A DNA stretch of 37,324 bases, taken from IMG/VR virus record IMGVR_UViG_3300037439_000415, positions 1 through 37,324 of that record; one strand, 5' to 3'. Origin of the DNA: a virus. Lineage: Duplodnaviria > Caudoviricetes. Under the pieces are notes generated by a model. That model saw only the letters and a program-made list of their open reading frames with translations. It did not search any database and was not told the origin of the DNA. Position 1 is the stretch's first letter, and each line of letters begins with the position of its first letter. The translations under genes and the position numbers were made by a program. Positions 17,499-25,628 of the stretch are shown one piece after another.

Positions 17499-19363
17499 GC
17501 CCCTGGCTCGCGACGGACTGGTGGGCCGAGAAGACCGTCACACCCATAGGTGGCCGGCCCAAGCCCGTCGCAAAGCCCGACCGGCCGCGCGACGACCTCG
17601 ACAAGGTCCGGCTCAAAGGCAAGCGTCTGTCGGTCGACGTGCGGGACTCGCTGCTCGACATCGAGATCGAACAGACGATCGAGGGCGCTTCGACGCTCAC
17701 GCTCGTCATCCACGACCCCAAGCGCAAGCTCCAACGGTCGGGGATCTTCGAAGAGGGCATCCGGCTCGAAGTCGACGACCGCGACTTCGTCTGTGTCGGC
17801 GGCGCCAAACAGACCCCGCAGTACCGGGTCACGTTCGAGCCGCTGAACGTATGGCGGCTCCGTCAGCCCAAAGGATTCCGGCGCGGGTTCCGCGACAAGA
17901 TCACCCGCGCCGAGTTCGGTTTCCAGCTCATCCGAGAGCTGAAGGCGCCGCCGATCCCGGTGTCGATCCCGGAGCTGCGCAAACGCCAGCCGATCGAGAA
18001 CACCAAGCAGCGCAAGTCCGAGAAGGCGCGCAAGGAAAACCGCGACCGCGGGATCGACCCCGACGCCAACCTGACGATCAAGGGCGTCAAGGCAAGCCGC
18101 TACCAGCTGCGATGCGCCGAGATCTCCCTCGACGTCGCCGACTCCCTCAACGCGCCCGACCTCGCACAGGTCGCACTGATCCTCGCCGAGATCAACGAGA
18201 CCACGATCCGCCACGACGCCTTCCTCGAGGTGGGCAGCGGCGACGCCGACTCCGTCGGGATCCTCCAGGTCCGAGTCGGGATCCACGGGCTTGCCGTCGC
18301 CCGGTCGATCGAGAAGTCCGTCCACAAGTTCCTCGTCGGCGGCTACACCGGCTACGGCGGCGGGGCGATCGCGATGGCGAAAGCCGGCGGCTACACCGCC
18401 GAGCAGATCGCGTCCTACACCAACTACGGGGCGCCACCAAACTTTCACGACTACCCGGACTCCTACGTCCGCGAGGCCGAACGGATCGTCGCCGCCTACC
18501 ACGGCCAGTCCGGCCGGTCGCTCACCCTCTCCGAGCCGAAGCGCCACACGTTCACGCGCAAGCGCGGCGAGAACACCTGGGACTGCCTACAGCGCGAGTT
18601 CGGCATCGTGCAATGGCGGGTGTTCGAGGTCGACGGAACGATCCACATCGTCGCCGAGAACGACCTAATCCGCTCCAAGCCCCGCTACCGCATCCGCGAG
18701 ACGACCCCCGGCGTCGAGACGCTCAACTACGACTGGCAGCGCGGCCGCAAAGCCCAGGAGGTCACCGTCGCTACTCGGCTCGACCGATGGATGGCGCCGC
18801 CCGGAACGGTCGTCGTCGTCGCGGGCGAGGGTGAGGGCGTGGACGGCCGCTACCTCGTCTCCACGATTCGCGGCTCGGCGTTCTCGGCCGAGCGAGAGAT
18901 CGTGCTGAAGCGGCCGATGAAAGAGAAGCCTGAGCCCGCGGCCGAGACGGTCACCCGCACGATCTCCGGTGCCGGTAAGGGCGGCGACTGGACCAGCACC
19001 GGCAAGATGGTCAAGCCTGTCGACGGCGCTCTCACGTCGCCGTTCGGGCAGCGATGGGGTCGCCTCCACGACGGCATCGACTACGGCGCCCCCGAAGGCA
19101 CACCTGTACGGGCGGCGCTCGCCGGCACGGTCGTCCAGGCAGGACCCAACGGCGGGTACGGCAACTACGTCGAGATTCGCCACGGCGCCGGCCTGACCAG
19201 CTTCTACGGCCACCTGTCCGCGATCGGTGTCCGCGTTGGCGAGAAGGTCGGCCGCGGCGACGTGATCGCGAAGTCCGGCAACACCGGCAGCTCGACCGGA
19301 CCACACCTTCACTTCGGCGTCCATCGCAACGGCGCGCCCGTCAACCCAGCGGAGTTTCTATGA
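17495..19363 (+). CDS. baseplate hub with an inserted lysozyme-like segment and a C-terminal M23 peptidase
   Basis: IEQTIEGASTLTLVIHDP hub N-terminus; E...GDADSVGILQVR; M23 motifs HDGID, YGHL, GNTGSSTGPHLHF. Confidence 0.85.
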   Translation: MSPWLATDWWAEKTVTPIGGRPKPVAKPDRPRDDLDKVRLKGKRLSVDVRDSLLDIEIEQTIEGASTLTLVIHDPKRKLQRSGIFEEGIRLEVDDRDFVCVGGAKQTPQYRVTFEPLNVWRLRQPKGFRRGFRDKITRAEFGFQLIRELKAPPIPVSIPELRKRQPIENTKQRKSEKARKENRDRGIDPDANLTIKGVKASRYQLRCAEISLDVADSLNAPDLAQVALILAEINETTIRHDAFLEVGSGDADSVGILQVRVGIHGLAVARSIEKSVHKFLVGGYTGYGGGAIAMAKAGGYTAEQIASYTNYGAPPNFHDYPDSYVREAERIVAAYHGQSGRSLTLSEPKRHTFTRKRGENTWDCLQREFGIVQWRVFEVDGTIHIVAENDLIRSKPRYRIRETTPGVETLNYDWQRGRKAQEVTVATRLDRWMAPPGTVVVVAGEGEGVDGRYLVSTIRGSAFSAEREIVLKRPMKEKPEPAAETVTRTISGAGKGGDWTSTGKMVKPVDGALTSPFGQRWGRLHDGIDYGAPEGTPVRAALAGTVVQAGPNGGYGNYVEIRHGAGLTSFYGHLSAIGVRVGEKVGRGDVIAKSGNTGSSTGPHLHFGVHRNGAPVNPAEFL

Positions 19364-19620
19364 GCCTGACTGACCTGATCGACGACAAGGCCAAAGCCGC
19401 CGCCCAAGAGCGAGACCTGTGGGCAGGCGAGATCTTCGGCGCCCCCGACACCGAAGCCAAAACCGTGGCGGTGATCGTCATGGGCAAGCACGCCTCCAAG
19501 CCCTACCGCGACGTGCCGTACACACCTCATCCCGGCCCAGACCACCCCTCCGACGGCGGCCGGTGCCTGGTCGGCTTCGACGACGACGACCGTCCGTGGG
19601 TGATCGCATGGCGGCCGTAG
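19360..19620 (+). CDS. small baseplate spike / OB-fold-like protein
   Basis: Position after the hub; P.DG.RCLVGFDDDDRPWVI. Confidence 0.6.
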   Translation: MSLTDLIDDKAKAAAQERDLWAGEIFGAPDTEAKTVAVIVMGKHASKPYRDVPYTPHPGPDHPSDGGRCLVGFDDDDRPWVIAWRP

Positions 19621-19922
19621 ACATCCCGCAGTATTCGCTGCCGCTACGCATCGTCGGCGGCCAGTTCGCCGTCGTCGAGCAAGGGACGATCGACGAGGTC
19701 CGCGATCAGGTCGAGGTGCTGATCCGCACGCCGCGCGGCAGCCGGCTCGACCTGCCCGACTTCGGGATCGACGACCCGACGTTCCGCAGCGAACCGGACC
19801 TCGACGAGATCCGCGACGCGATCGAAACCTATGCCGAGGGCGCGGTCGTCCACATCGACTCAGAGATCGACCTCGAGACAACCATCCGACAGATCAACGT
19901 GGGGGTAGCCGCCGATGCCTGA
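19608..19922 (+). CDS. baseplate wedge protein, gp25/GPW-like
   Basis: LIRTPRGSRLDLPDFGIDDP motif. Confidence 0.88.
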   Translation: MAAVDIPQYSLPLRIVGGQFAVVEQGTIDEVRDQVEVLIRTPRGSRLDLPDFGIDDPTFRSEPDLDEIRDAIETYAEGAVVHIDSEIDLETTIRQINVGVAADA

Positions 19923-21069
19923 CTACCTGGGAGTGCCGGTCGAGGTCGACCCGGACGAGCTTCGCCGCGACAGCGACGAGTACATGGAGACCGCGATCCC
20001 CGGCTACGACGCCGCCGCGCCGAGCCTCGCCCACCACCAGTTCGGCGGGACCGCTCGCGGCGCCGCCTACAACGGCGAGCTACTGTCCGCCGCCAGCATC
20101 GAGGTCTACCTCCACTCCGGCTGGATGGTCGGCATCTCCCCGATCGCCGCGTCCTCCGCAGTCGTCGAAGCCGAGATCACCATGGCCGACGACGCCGGCT
20201 ACACCATCCCCGCCGGGTTCCTCGTCGAGATCGAGGGGACCGAGACCAGCGTCGCGTTCGCCACCCAAGACGAGACCGTCATCGCGCCAACCGAAGACAC
20301 GGCGACGGTGCTGCTCGTCGCGGTCGAGACGGGGGCGCACACGTCCGGCCTGCCCGGCCCGGCGAACGTCGCGGAGACGACCGATTTGCCGATCCAGTCG
20401 ATCGCGCTCGACGGCGTCTCGACCGGCGGCGTCGACGAAGAGTCCCCGATCGACTTCCTCGACCGGCTCACCGCCGAGAAGCAGCTACTGACCCCGCGGC
20501 CCATCCTGCCCGAGGACTTCGCGGTAATGGCCCGCCGAGTCGCGGGCGTCGCGAAGGCATTGGCGCTCGACGGCTACAACCCCGGCGACGAGTCCGACGA
20601 CAACGAGCGGATGGTCACCGTCGCGATCCGCGACAGCGCCGGCGAAGCGGTCTCGGCCGGCGTCGACGACGCCGTCCAGGCGCTGCTCGAAGCCGAGCGC
20701 GAGACGAACTTCGTCGTCCACGTCATCGGCCCAACCCACACCGAGATCGACGTCGCCGTCGAGTTCGTCGTCTACCCCGGCTCCGACCCCGCCCAGGTAG
20801 GGCCCGCGATCGAAGCGGCGATCGCCGCCTACCTGTCCCCGGCGACATGGGGCCAGCCCCCGTCTGGCGACACCGACGCCTGGTACCAGCTCGACAAGGT
20901 CCGCTTCCAGGAGATCAGCACCGTCGTCAACAACGTCCAAGGCGTTGACCACTGGACGACGCTCACGATCTGCGAGGCTGCCGGCACCCCGGGCACCGCC
21001 GATGTCGACCTCGACGGTGCGGCGCCGGTCGCGAAGCCCGGCATGATCGCCGCGAGCGAGGCGTCGTGA
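19915..21069 (+). CDS. baseplate J-like protein
   Basis: TIPAGF; AVETG; GGVDEES..DFLDRL; DF..MARRVAGVAKA. Confidence 0.92.
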   Translation: MPDYLGVPVEVDPDELRRDSDEYMETAIPGYDAAAPSLAHHQFGGTARGAAYNGELLSAASIEVYLHSGWMVGISPIAASSAVVEAEITMADDAGYTIPAGFLVEIEGTETSVAFATQDETVIAPTEDTATVLLVAVETGAHTSGLPGPANVAETTDLPIQSIALDGVSTGGVDEESPIDFLDRLTAEKQLLTPRPILPEDFAVMARRVAGVAKALALDGYNPGDESDDNERMVTVAIRDSAGEAVSAGVDDAVQALLEAERETNFVVHVIGPTHTEIDVAVEFVVYPGSDPAQVGPAIEAAIAAYLSPATWGQPPSGDTDAWYQLDKVRFQEISTVVNNVQGVDHWTTLTICEAAGTPGTADVDLDGAAPVAKPGMIAASEAS

Positions 21070-21674
21070 CCCGGCCGACCGTCTCGCGGTTCGCCGAAGA
21101 GCTCTACGAGAACTGTGTCGGCTGGGCCTACGCCGACGAGCAAAACGGCTGGGTGCTGCTGCACCTCTGCGAGGCGATCGCCCGCCCATACCGCCTCACC
21201 GACGAGATCGCCAACCCGCCGGTCGAGGGGCGCGGGCCGTGGGAGACGCTGCTCGACATCGACCACACCCCGCCCGAGTTCCTGCCATGGCTCGGCCAGT
21301 TCGTCGGCATCCGGCCCGTCCAGCTCGTCGGTCTCGATGAAGCCCAACAGCGCGACTTCATCCGCGCCTGCTCCGCCTACCGGCGCGGCACCCCCGCCGC
21401 GATGGTCGCCGCCGCCCAAGTCCACCTCACCGGCACACGCCAGGTACGGATGATCGAGCGCGACGAGTCCGCCTACCGGCTCACCGTCCTCACCCGCACC
21501 AGCGAGACCCCGAACCCCGCAGCCGTTGAGCGAGCGATTCGCTCCCAGAAACCGGCCGGGATCGTCCTGAACTACATCGTCTCCGACGCGCCGATCATCG
21601 ACGAGGGCACCCTCGACATCGACGACGTCACCACCCCCGATCTCGACGACGCGACCGTCGCCGACGTCACCTAG
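21066..21674 (+). CDS. baseplate wedge protein (P2 gpI-like)
   Basis: LLD.D.TP.EFLPWLGQFVG...RRGT..AM; KPAGIVL. Confidence 0.88.
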   Translation: MTRPTVSRFAEELYENCVGWAYADEQNGWVLLHLCEAIARPYRLTDEIANPPVEGRGPWETLLDIDHTPPEFLPWLGQFVGIRPVQLVGLDEAQQRDFIRACSAYRRGTPAAMVAAAQVHLTGTRQVRMIERDESAYRLTVLTRTSETPNPAAVERAIRSQKPAGIVLNYIVSDAPIIDEGTLDIDDVTTPDLDDATVADVT

Positions 21675-21685
21675 GAGGAACCGCA

Positions 21686-22210
21686 ATGCCCGACTACAAC
21701 ACCGATGGCAAGCACGGCCTCCGCGCCCTTGAGGGAACGAACCCGATCAGCGACATCGACGCCGGATTCGAAGCGCTCCGCGACGACCTCGACGACATCA
21801 TCGCCACCGACGACCAAGGCGCCCTCTCCAGCCGACCCGTCTCCACCGCACCCTCACCCGGGAAAGCGGGGCGGTACTACTGGGCGACAGACACACTTGC
21901 CCTCTACCGCGACCACGGCACCGGCTGGACCCAGGTGTACCCCGTCGAGGATGGGGCCGTCACGGCCGCTAAGGTCGCGGCGGCGCTCAAGCCATCCGGG
22001 AGCGCAGAGCCAGCGACAGAGGCGCTTCGCGCTCTCGGAACCACCGAAGACACAGCCGCCGCAGGTAACGATGCTCGGCTCTGGGGCACCAGGGTCGACT
22101 TCGGCACGGGATCGATCGTCGGGTCGAGCCCTGGCACGATCAATCAATACCTGGTCATCGAGATCGACGGTCAGGAGTACCGCCTCCCGCTCGCGTCTCA
22201 CCCCGGCTAG
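21686..22210 (+). CDS. short tail-fibre / baseplate-associated protein
   Basis: Tail-fibre gene position; GRYYWATDTLALYRDHGTGW; DGAVTAAKVA; AAAGNDARL; AGGAGG RBS. Confidence 0.65.
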   Translation: MPDYNTDGKHGLRALEGTNPISDIDAGFEALRDDLDDIIATDDQGALSSRPVSTAPSPGKAGRYYWATDTLALYRDHGTGWTQVYPVEDGAVTAAKVAAALKPSGSAEPATEALRALGTTEDTAAAGNDARLWGTRVDFGTGSIVGSSPGTINQYLVIEIDGQEYRLPLASHPG

Positions 22211-22593
22211 GCGTAAGGCGACGTGCCGGGCTTGAAGCGGACGATCCGGTACCGGACCTCTACGCGGTGGCAGCGCCGGTCCATCGACGCGAACCGCAGG
22301 CGCGAACGCCCGACGTTGCGCCGCGACGGTGACCAGATCGTCAGCGCCACGTTGCTCTTGTAGCCGTAGGCTCGGGCGCCGTCGGTGCCGTCGATCAGCG
22401 TGATGTCCGCGTGCTTGCCGTCGATCCGCACGACGCGAATGTCCAGCAGGTCCGTGCCACGCATCGACTTGGCGGTGTGGGTGAAGCGATCGCACACATT
22501 CTCGACCACCTTCACCGGCCTGTCAGCGCGTGCCGGGCTCGGGAAGAGCGCCAGGCACACGCCGATCAGGGCGATGTAGATTCGGCTACGCAT
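22207..22593 (-). CDS. putative secreted protein (moron)
   Basis: GGAGG RBS on the minus strand; signal peptide MRSRIYIALIGVCLALFPSPARA; opposes the late operon. Confidence 0.7.
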   Translation of the reverse strand: MRSRIYIALIGVCLALFPSPARADRPVKVVENVCDRFTHTAKSMRGTDLLDIRVVRIDGKHADITLIDGTDGARAYGYKSNVALTIWSPSRRNVGRSRLRFASMDRRCHRVEVRYRIVRFKPGTSPYA

Positions 22594-22616
22594 GGGAGAT
22601 ACAGCCTCCTGTGTCA

Positions 22617-22657
22617 GCCCCCCGGGCCGCGCCAACGGTCGCGGGGGGCACTTTGTT
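22617..22657 (+). terminator. possible intrinsic terminator
   Basis: GCCCCCC...GGGGGGC imperfect stem followed by ACTTTGTT. Confidence 0.5.
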
Positions 22658-22738
22658 AGAGGCGCGAGTGTAACCCCGCGTCCCGACCTATCGGACTGCA
22701 ACGGCCGGCCGCCGGCTTCCTAGGAGGGCTCACTGTGC

Positions 22739-22978
22739 ATGAACTCACCACGGAGCGAATGGAATGACCGCGCCCTCGATCAGCTCGACGGCCGCGTCGA
22801 GAACCTCGAGCGCGACGTGGACGGCCTGCGCGAGCACGTCGACCGCCGGCTGTCCGAGCGCCAACCAAACCAGATGCGCTGGTCGACGTTCCTGCTCACC
22901 GTCATGGGGACGATCGTCGTGCCGCTGATCGGGGTCATCATCACCGGCTACTTCATGCTCAGGGCGGCGGGGCTATGA
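22739..22978 (+). CDS. membrane protein, lysis-associated (holin-like)
   Basis: Coiled coil plus one C-terminal TM helix; AGGAGG RBS. Confidence 0.7.
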   Translation: MNSPRSEWNDRALDQLDGRVENLERDVDGLREHVDRRLSERQPNQMRWSTFLLTVMGTIVVPLIGVIITGYFMLRAAGL

Positions 22979-23592
22979 GCCGCCTCCGCAGGGCGTGGGC
23001 GCGCCGTCACGACCCGATCAACCTGACCCTCTGGAAGAGCGTCGTCGCCGGGCTGCTCATCTCCGCGTCGGTGAGCGCTGCGTTCCTCGTTGCCGTGGAG
23101 GGCATCGTGCGGCTCGCCGACGAGACGCGCGAACGGACGGCCGCTGATCGGCGTTCTCAGGCCGACATCGAACGGATCGTCAAGCGGGTGGTACGCGTGG
23201 AGCGCCACCGCGATCTCATGCGTGCGCTCGAGCGCGCGTGCCGGCGGTTCGAGTCGTGCGCCGCCGAGCTCGATCGCGCCGAGCGCCAAGAGCGTGCCGA
23301 GACCAGACGCCGACAGCGCCGGGACCGTGAGGACCGTGACCGGGCACCCGATCAGCGCGCAGACCGTCCACCGCGACCTGTCGCGACACCCGCCCCTCAA
23401 CCCGAGCCGATAGCCGGCGGCCCCCCAGAGCCGCCATCCACCGCTGCGCCCTCTTCGCCGCTGCCACCTCGAGCGCCCGACGCTCCCCCTCGGGAGCCCG
23501 GCGTGCGGGTAGACCCGCCGGCCGTCGACCTCGACGGCCTCCTGCCGGACCTACTGCCTCGCGTGGACGTTCCGCCGGTCCGGCTGCCCTGA
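22975..23592 (+). CDS. single-pass membrane protein with coiled coil and Pro-rich tail (lysis accessory)
   Basis: TM SVVAGLLISASVSAAFLVAV; C...C pair; Pro-rich C-terminus; lies in the lysis block. Confidence 0.65.
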   Translation: MSRLRRAWARRHDPINLTLWKSVVAGLLISASVSAAFLVAVEGIVRLADETRERTAADRRSQADIERIVKRVVRVERHRDLMRALERACRRFESCAAELDRAERQERAETRRRQRRDREDRDRAPDQRADRPPRPVATPAPQPEPIAGGPPEPPSTAAPSSPLPPRAPDAPPREPGVRVDPPAVDLDGLLPDLLPRVDVPPVRLP

Positions 23593-23678
23593 CCCAAGGG
23601 GGCAGGTTCGGCCCGCTGTCTCCCTCTACAGCCGTTCGAACGGCTTCTCACACGATCCCTGACCTAGGAGGTCAACCC

Positions 23679-24347
23679 ATGCCGTCCCTGCTCGAGCGCC
23701 GCAAGGCGACCCAGCGGCGAGCGCTGGCCAAGCAGCGTGCCCGCCGCCGTCGATTCCACGCTATCCGCGCCTCGATTGCGAAGGCCGCGAAGAACATCGC
23801 CGCCCGCCGCAAGCTGATCCGCGCCGCCGAGGCGCCCCCGGGCCAGCTCGCACTCCAGGCCGCCGGCACGATGCTCGGGAAGGTCGAGACGGGCTACAAC
23901 GACGCCGCCTGGCTGCGCCAGATGGAGGCCGACCTTCCGCACGACCGACTCGACTGGATGATCCCCGGCCAGCCCTACTGCGGTCTCGGCGTGATCTGGT
24001 CGTACTGGAAGGGCGCGCGGCGCCTGCTTCCTGACGGGACCGTCTACACACCGAACATCCTCGGCTACGCCGGCAAGGCGTTCTCGGCCGCCGGCGGCGG
24101 CTACAAGCTCGTCCGCGTAGAGCCCGAGCAGGCCAAGCCAGGTGCGATCGTCGTCATGGACTTCAACGGCGGCGGTGCCGACCACGTCGCTCTCGCCCGC
24201 GGCCCAATGCGCGGCGGCGCCATCCCCACCCGCGAGTTCAACACCTCGCCGTCCAGCGCCGGCAGCCAGGCCAACGGCGGCGGCGTGTTCGACCGCACCC
24301 GCCCACGCGCCTACGTCCTCGGCGTGCTCAACATCATCCCCGCCTAA
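23679..24347 (+). CDS. endolysin, CHAP/NlpC-P60-like cysteine peptidase
   Basis: QPYCG...DHVAL...EFNTS (Cys-His-Glu/Asn pattern); basic N-terminal helix; AGGAGG RBS. Confidence 0.8.
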   Translation: MPSLLERRKATQRRALAKQRARRRRFHAIRASIAKAAKNIAARRKLIRAAEAPPGQLALQAAGTMLGKVETGYNDAAWLRQMEADLPHDRLDWMIPGQPYCGLGVIWSYWKGARRLLPDGTVYTPNILGYAGKAFSAAGGGYKLVRVEPEQAKPGAIVVMDFNGGGADHVALARGPMRGGAIPTREFNTSPSSAGSQANGGGVFDRTRPRAYVLGVLNIIPA

Positions 24348-24357
24348 GGAGGCTCCG

Positions 24358-24600
24358 ATGCTCATGTTCCTACGCACCCTCGACCCGAAGCTCGTCACGA
24401 CGCTCGCGTCGCTGGCGATCACCCGTGCCGCCGTCGAGCTGCTCGGCGTCGCCGAGAGCGATCCGCTGCTGCAGGCGGTCATCGCCCTCGTGGTCGCCGC
24501 CTACGTCGGCTACAAGACGCCGAACGCCGCCACGGTGCTGCGCACGCCGCAGGAGTCCGGGAACCCGGACATGGCGCGGGCACCTCAGCTGCCCCACTAG
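24358..24600 (+). CDS. holin
   Basis: 80 aa, two hydrophobic segments, GYKTPN motif, directly after the endolysin; AAGGAGG RBS. Confidence 0.75.
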   Translation: MLMFLRTLDPKLVTTLASLAITRAAVELLGVAESDPLLQAVIALVVAAYVGYKTPNAATVLRTPQESGNPDMARAPQLPH

Positions 24601-24756
24601 ATGGTCGCCACCGTCCGGGAGTTGATCGCGAGAGCGTTCTACGAGAAGACCCGGCCGGGCGGTCCGCCGTTCGACATGCTCAAGGACTCCGAGCGTGAGA
24701 CGTTCCTCGCGGGCGCCGACGCGGTGCTCGAGGTGATCTGGGGCCTCGACCGCTAG
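24601..24756 (+). CDS. small hypothetical protein (51 aa; not in the ORF track)
   Basis: MVATVRELIARAFYEKTRPGGPPFDMLKDSERETFLAGADAVLEVIWGLDR; abuts the holin stop and ends before the terminator. Confidence 0.6.
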   Translation: MVATVRELIARAFYEKTRPGGPPFDMLKDSERETFLAGADAVLEVIWGLDR

Positions 24757-24780
24757 CGCGACGAAGACGAGCCTGATCTG

Positions 24781-24815
24781 AGCCCCCGGCCGAAAGGCCG
24801 GGGGCTTTCGTCGTT
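24781..24815 (+). terminator. intrinsic terminator ending the late/lysis operon
   Basis: AGCCCCCGGCC-GAAA-GGCCGGGGGCT followed by TTCGTCGTT. Confidence 0.9.
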
Positions 24816-24856
24816 CTAGGACCGATCCGCCGGGACGACGCTGATCGCGAAGCGGC

Positions 24857-25072
24857 CTACGGGTTGACGTTCTCGAAGAGTTCGCCGGGGTCGACGCCGA
24901 GGCCGCGGGCGAGCCTGGCGACGATCAGCGCGCCCGGCTCGCGGCGTGCTGTCTCGAACCTCGCGATGTCGGTCATGTGGAGATCGGCCGCCTCCGCGAG
25001 CGCCTCTTGCGTGAGGCCGGCGTCCTCGCGCAAGCGGCGGATGTTCGCGGCGAAGATGGCGAGCGGTTCCAA
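24857..25072 (-). CDS. XRE-family HTH regulator (controller-protein-like)
   Basis: FAANIRRLREDAGLTQEALAEAADLHMTDIARFETARREPG..IVARLARGLGV. Confidence 0.9.
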   Translation of the reverse strand: MEPLAIFAANIRRLREDAGLTQEALAEAADLHMTDIARFETARREPGALIVARLARGLGVDPGELFENVNP

Positions 25073-25105
25073 GGGCGAGGATGTCTCTCACCCTCCGGCC
25101 CCTCC

Positions 25106-25129
25106 GTCTATGGCGAATCAGCCATAGAC
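25106..25129. promoter_or_regulatory. inverted-repeat operator candidate upstream of the XRE gene
   Basis: GTCTATGGC-GAATCA-GCCATAGAC, perfect 9-bp arms. Confidence 0.6.
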
Positions 25130-25145
25130 AAATGCTACGCTCTGT

Positions 25146-25203
25146 GCCCTGCCCTCCAAGCAGGGCGACGCCCCCGACCTCGCGGTCGGGGGCGTTCGTC
25201 GTT
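25146..25203 (+). ncRNA. candidate small RNA (two hairpins)
   Basis: Extended -10 TGCTACGCT at 25133-25141; hairpin GCCCTGC-CCTCCAA-GCAGGGC; terminator hairpin. Confidence 0.45.
25168..25203 (+). terminator. intrinsic terminator
   Basis: ACGCCCCCGACC-TCGC-GGTCGGGGGCGT-TCGTCGTT; same tail as the terminator at 24781. Confidence 0.8.
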
Positions 25204-25244
25204 GTAGGGGCTGGCGTTGGTCAGACCAGTTCGATACAGTGGCC

Positions 25245-25520
25245 GCCGGGAAGGTCACGAGCTCTGAAGGGGACGACCGCGAGGTCGCTGTCGAGGGGCG
25301 GGCCAGACAACCAAGGGGAATCCTGGCCCGGTCGGGGCTTCCCGAGTTTCCCCTTGGTGGTCTCGGCCGGGCCACCCACCTTGCACCACTTCAGCGGCGG
25401 ATACGCCGCTGTTCTCATTGCCCCTTGGCGTGGCGCTCGCCATCGTCTAGGTTCGGTGCAGCACTTCATCGAACGATCCAGTCGCCCGCATCGCCTCGGC
25501 CACCAAGGGGAAACGGGTAT
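25245..25520 (+). ncRNA. candidate structured RNA with alternative pairings
   Basis: GCGA-tetraloop hairpin 25275-25288; stem 25324-25374; hairpin 25392-25411; 25346-25360 is complementary to both 25310-25320 and 25500-25514; strand uncertain. Confidence 0.45.
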
Positions 25521-25628
25521 GGAATCGGGAGGCGCGCGGCGGTCGGGCGATGGAGGGGAGAGGGTTGAAACCGCACACTCAGCGGGGCGGTCGTGGACGG
25601 CCGCGCTCGACCGGATGGCCGCTGCCCG

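Noticed and set aside
12476-21674. Extracellular contractile injection system or tailocin
   Set aside because: Terminase, portal, capsid and replication genes are present, so this is a phage.
1351-21686. Long minus-strand ORFs (e.g. 1351-3066, 2864-4828, 6428-8095, 9634-10764)
   Set aside because: Shadow frames of GC-rich plus-strand structural genes, with no motifs of their own.
25346-25514. Retron msr-msd (inverted repeats flanking hairpins)
   Set aside because: No reverse transcriptase (YxDD) gene in the window, and a competing third arm does not fit the retron layout.
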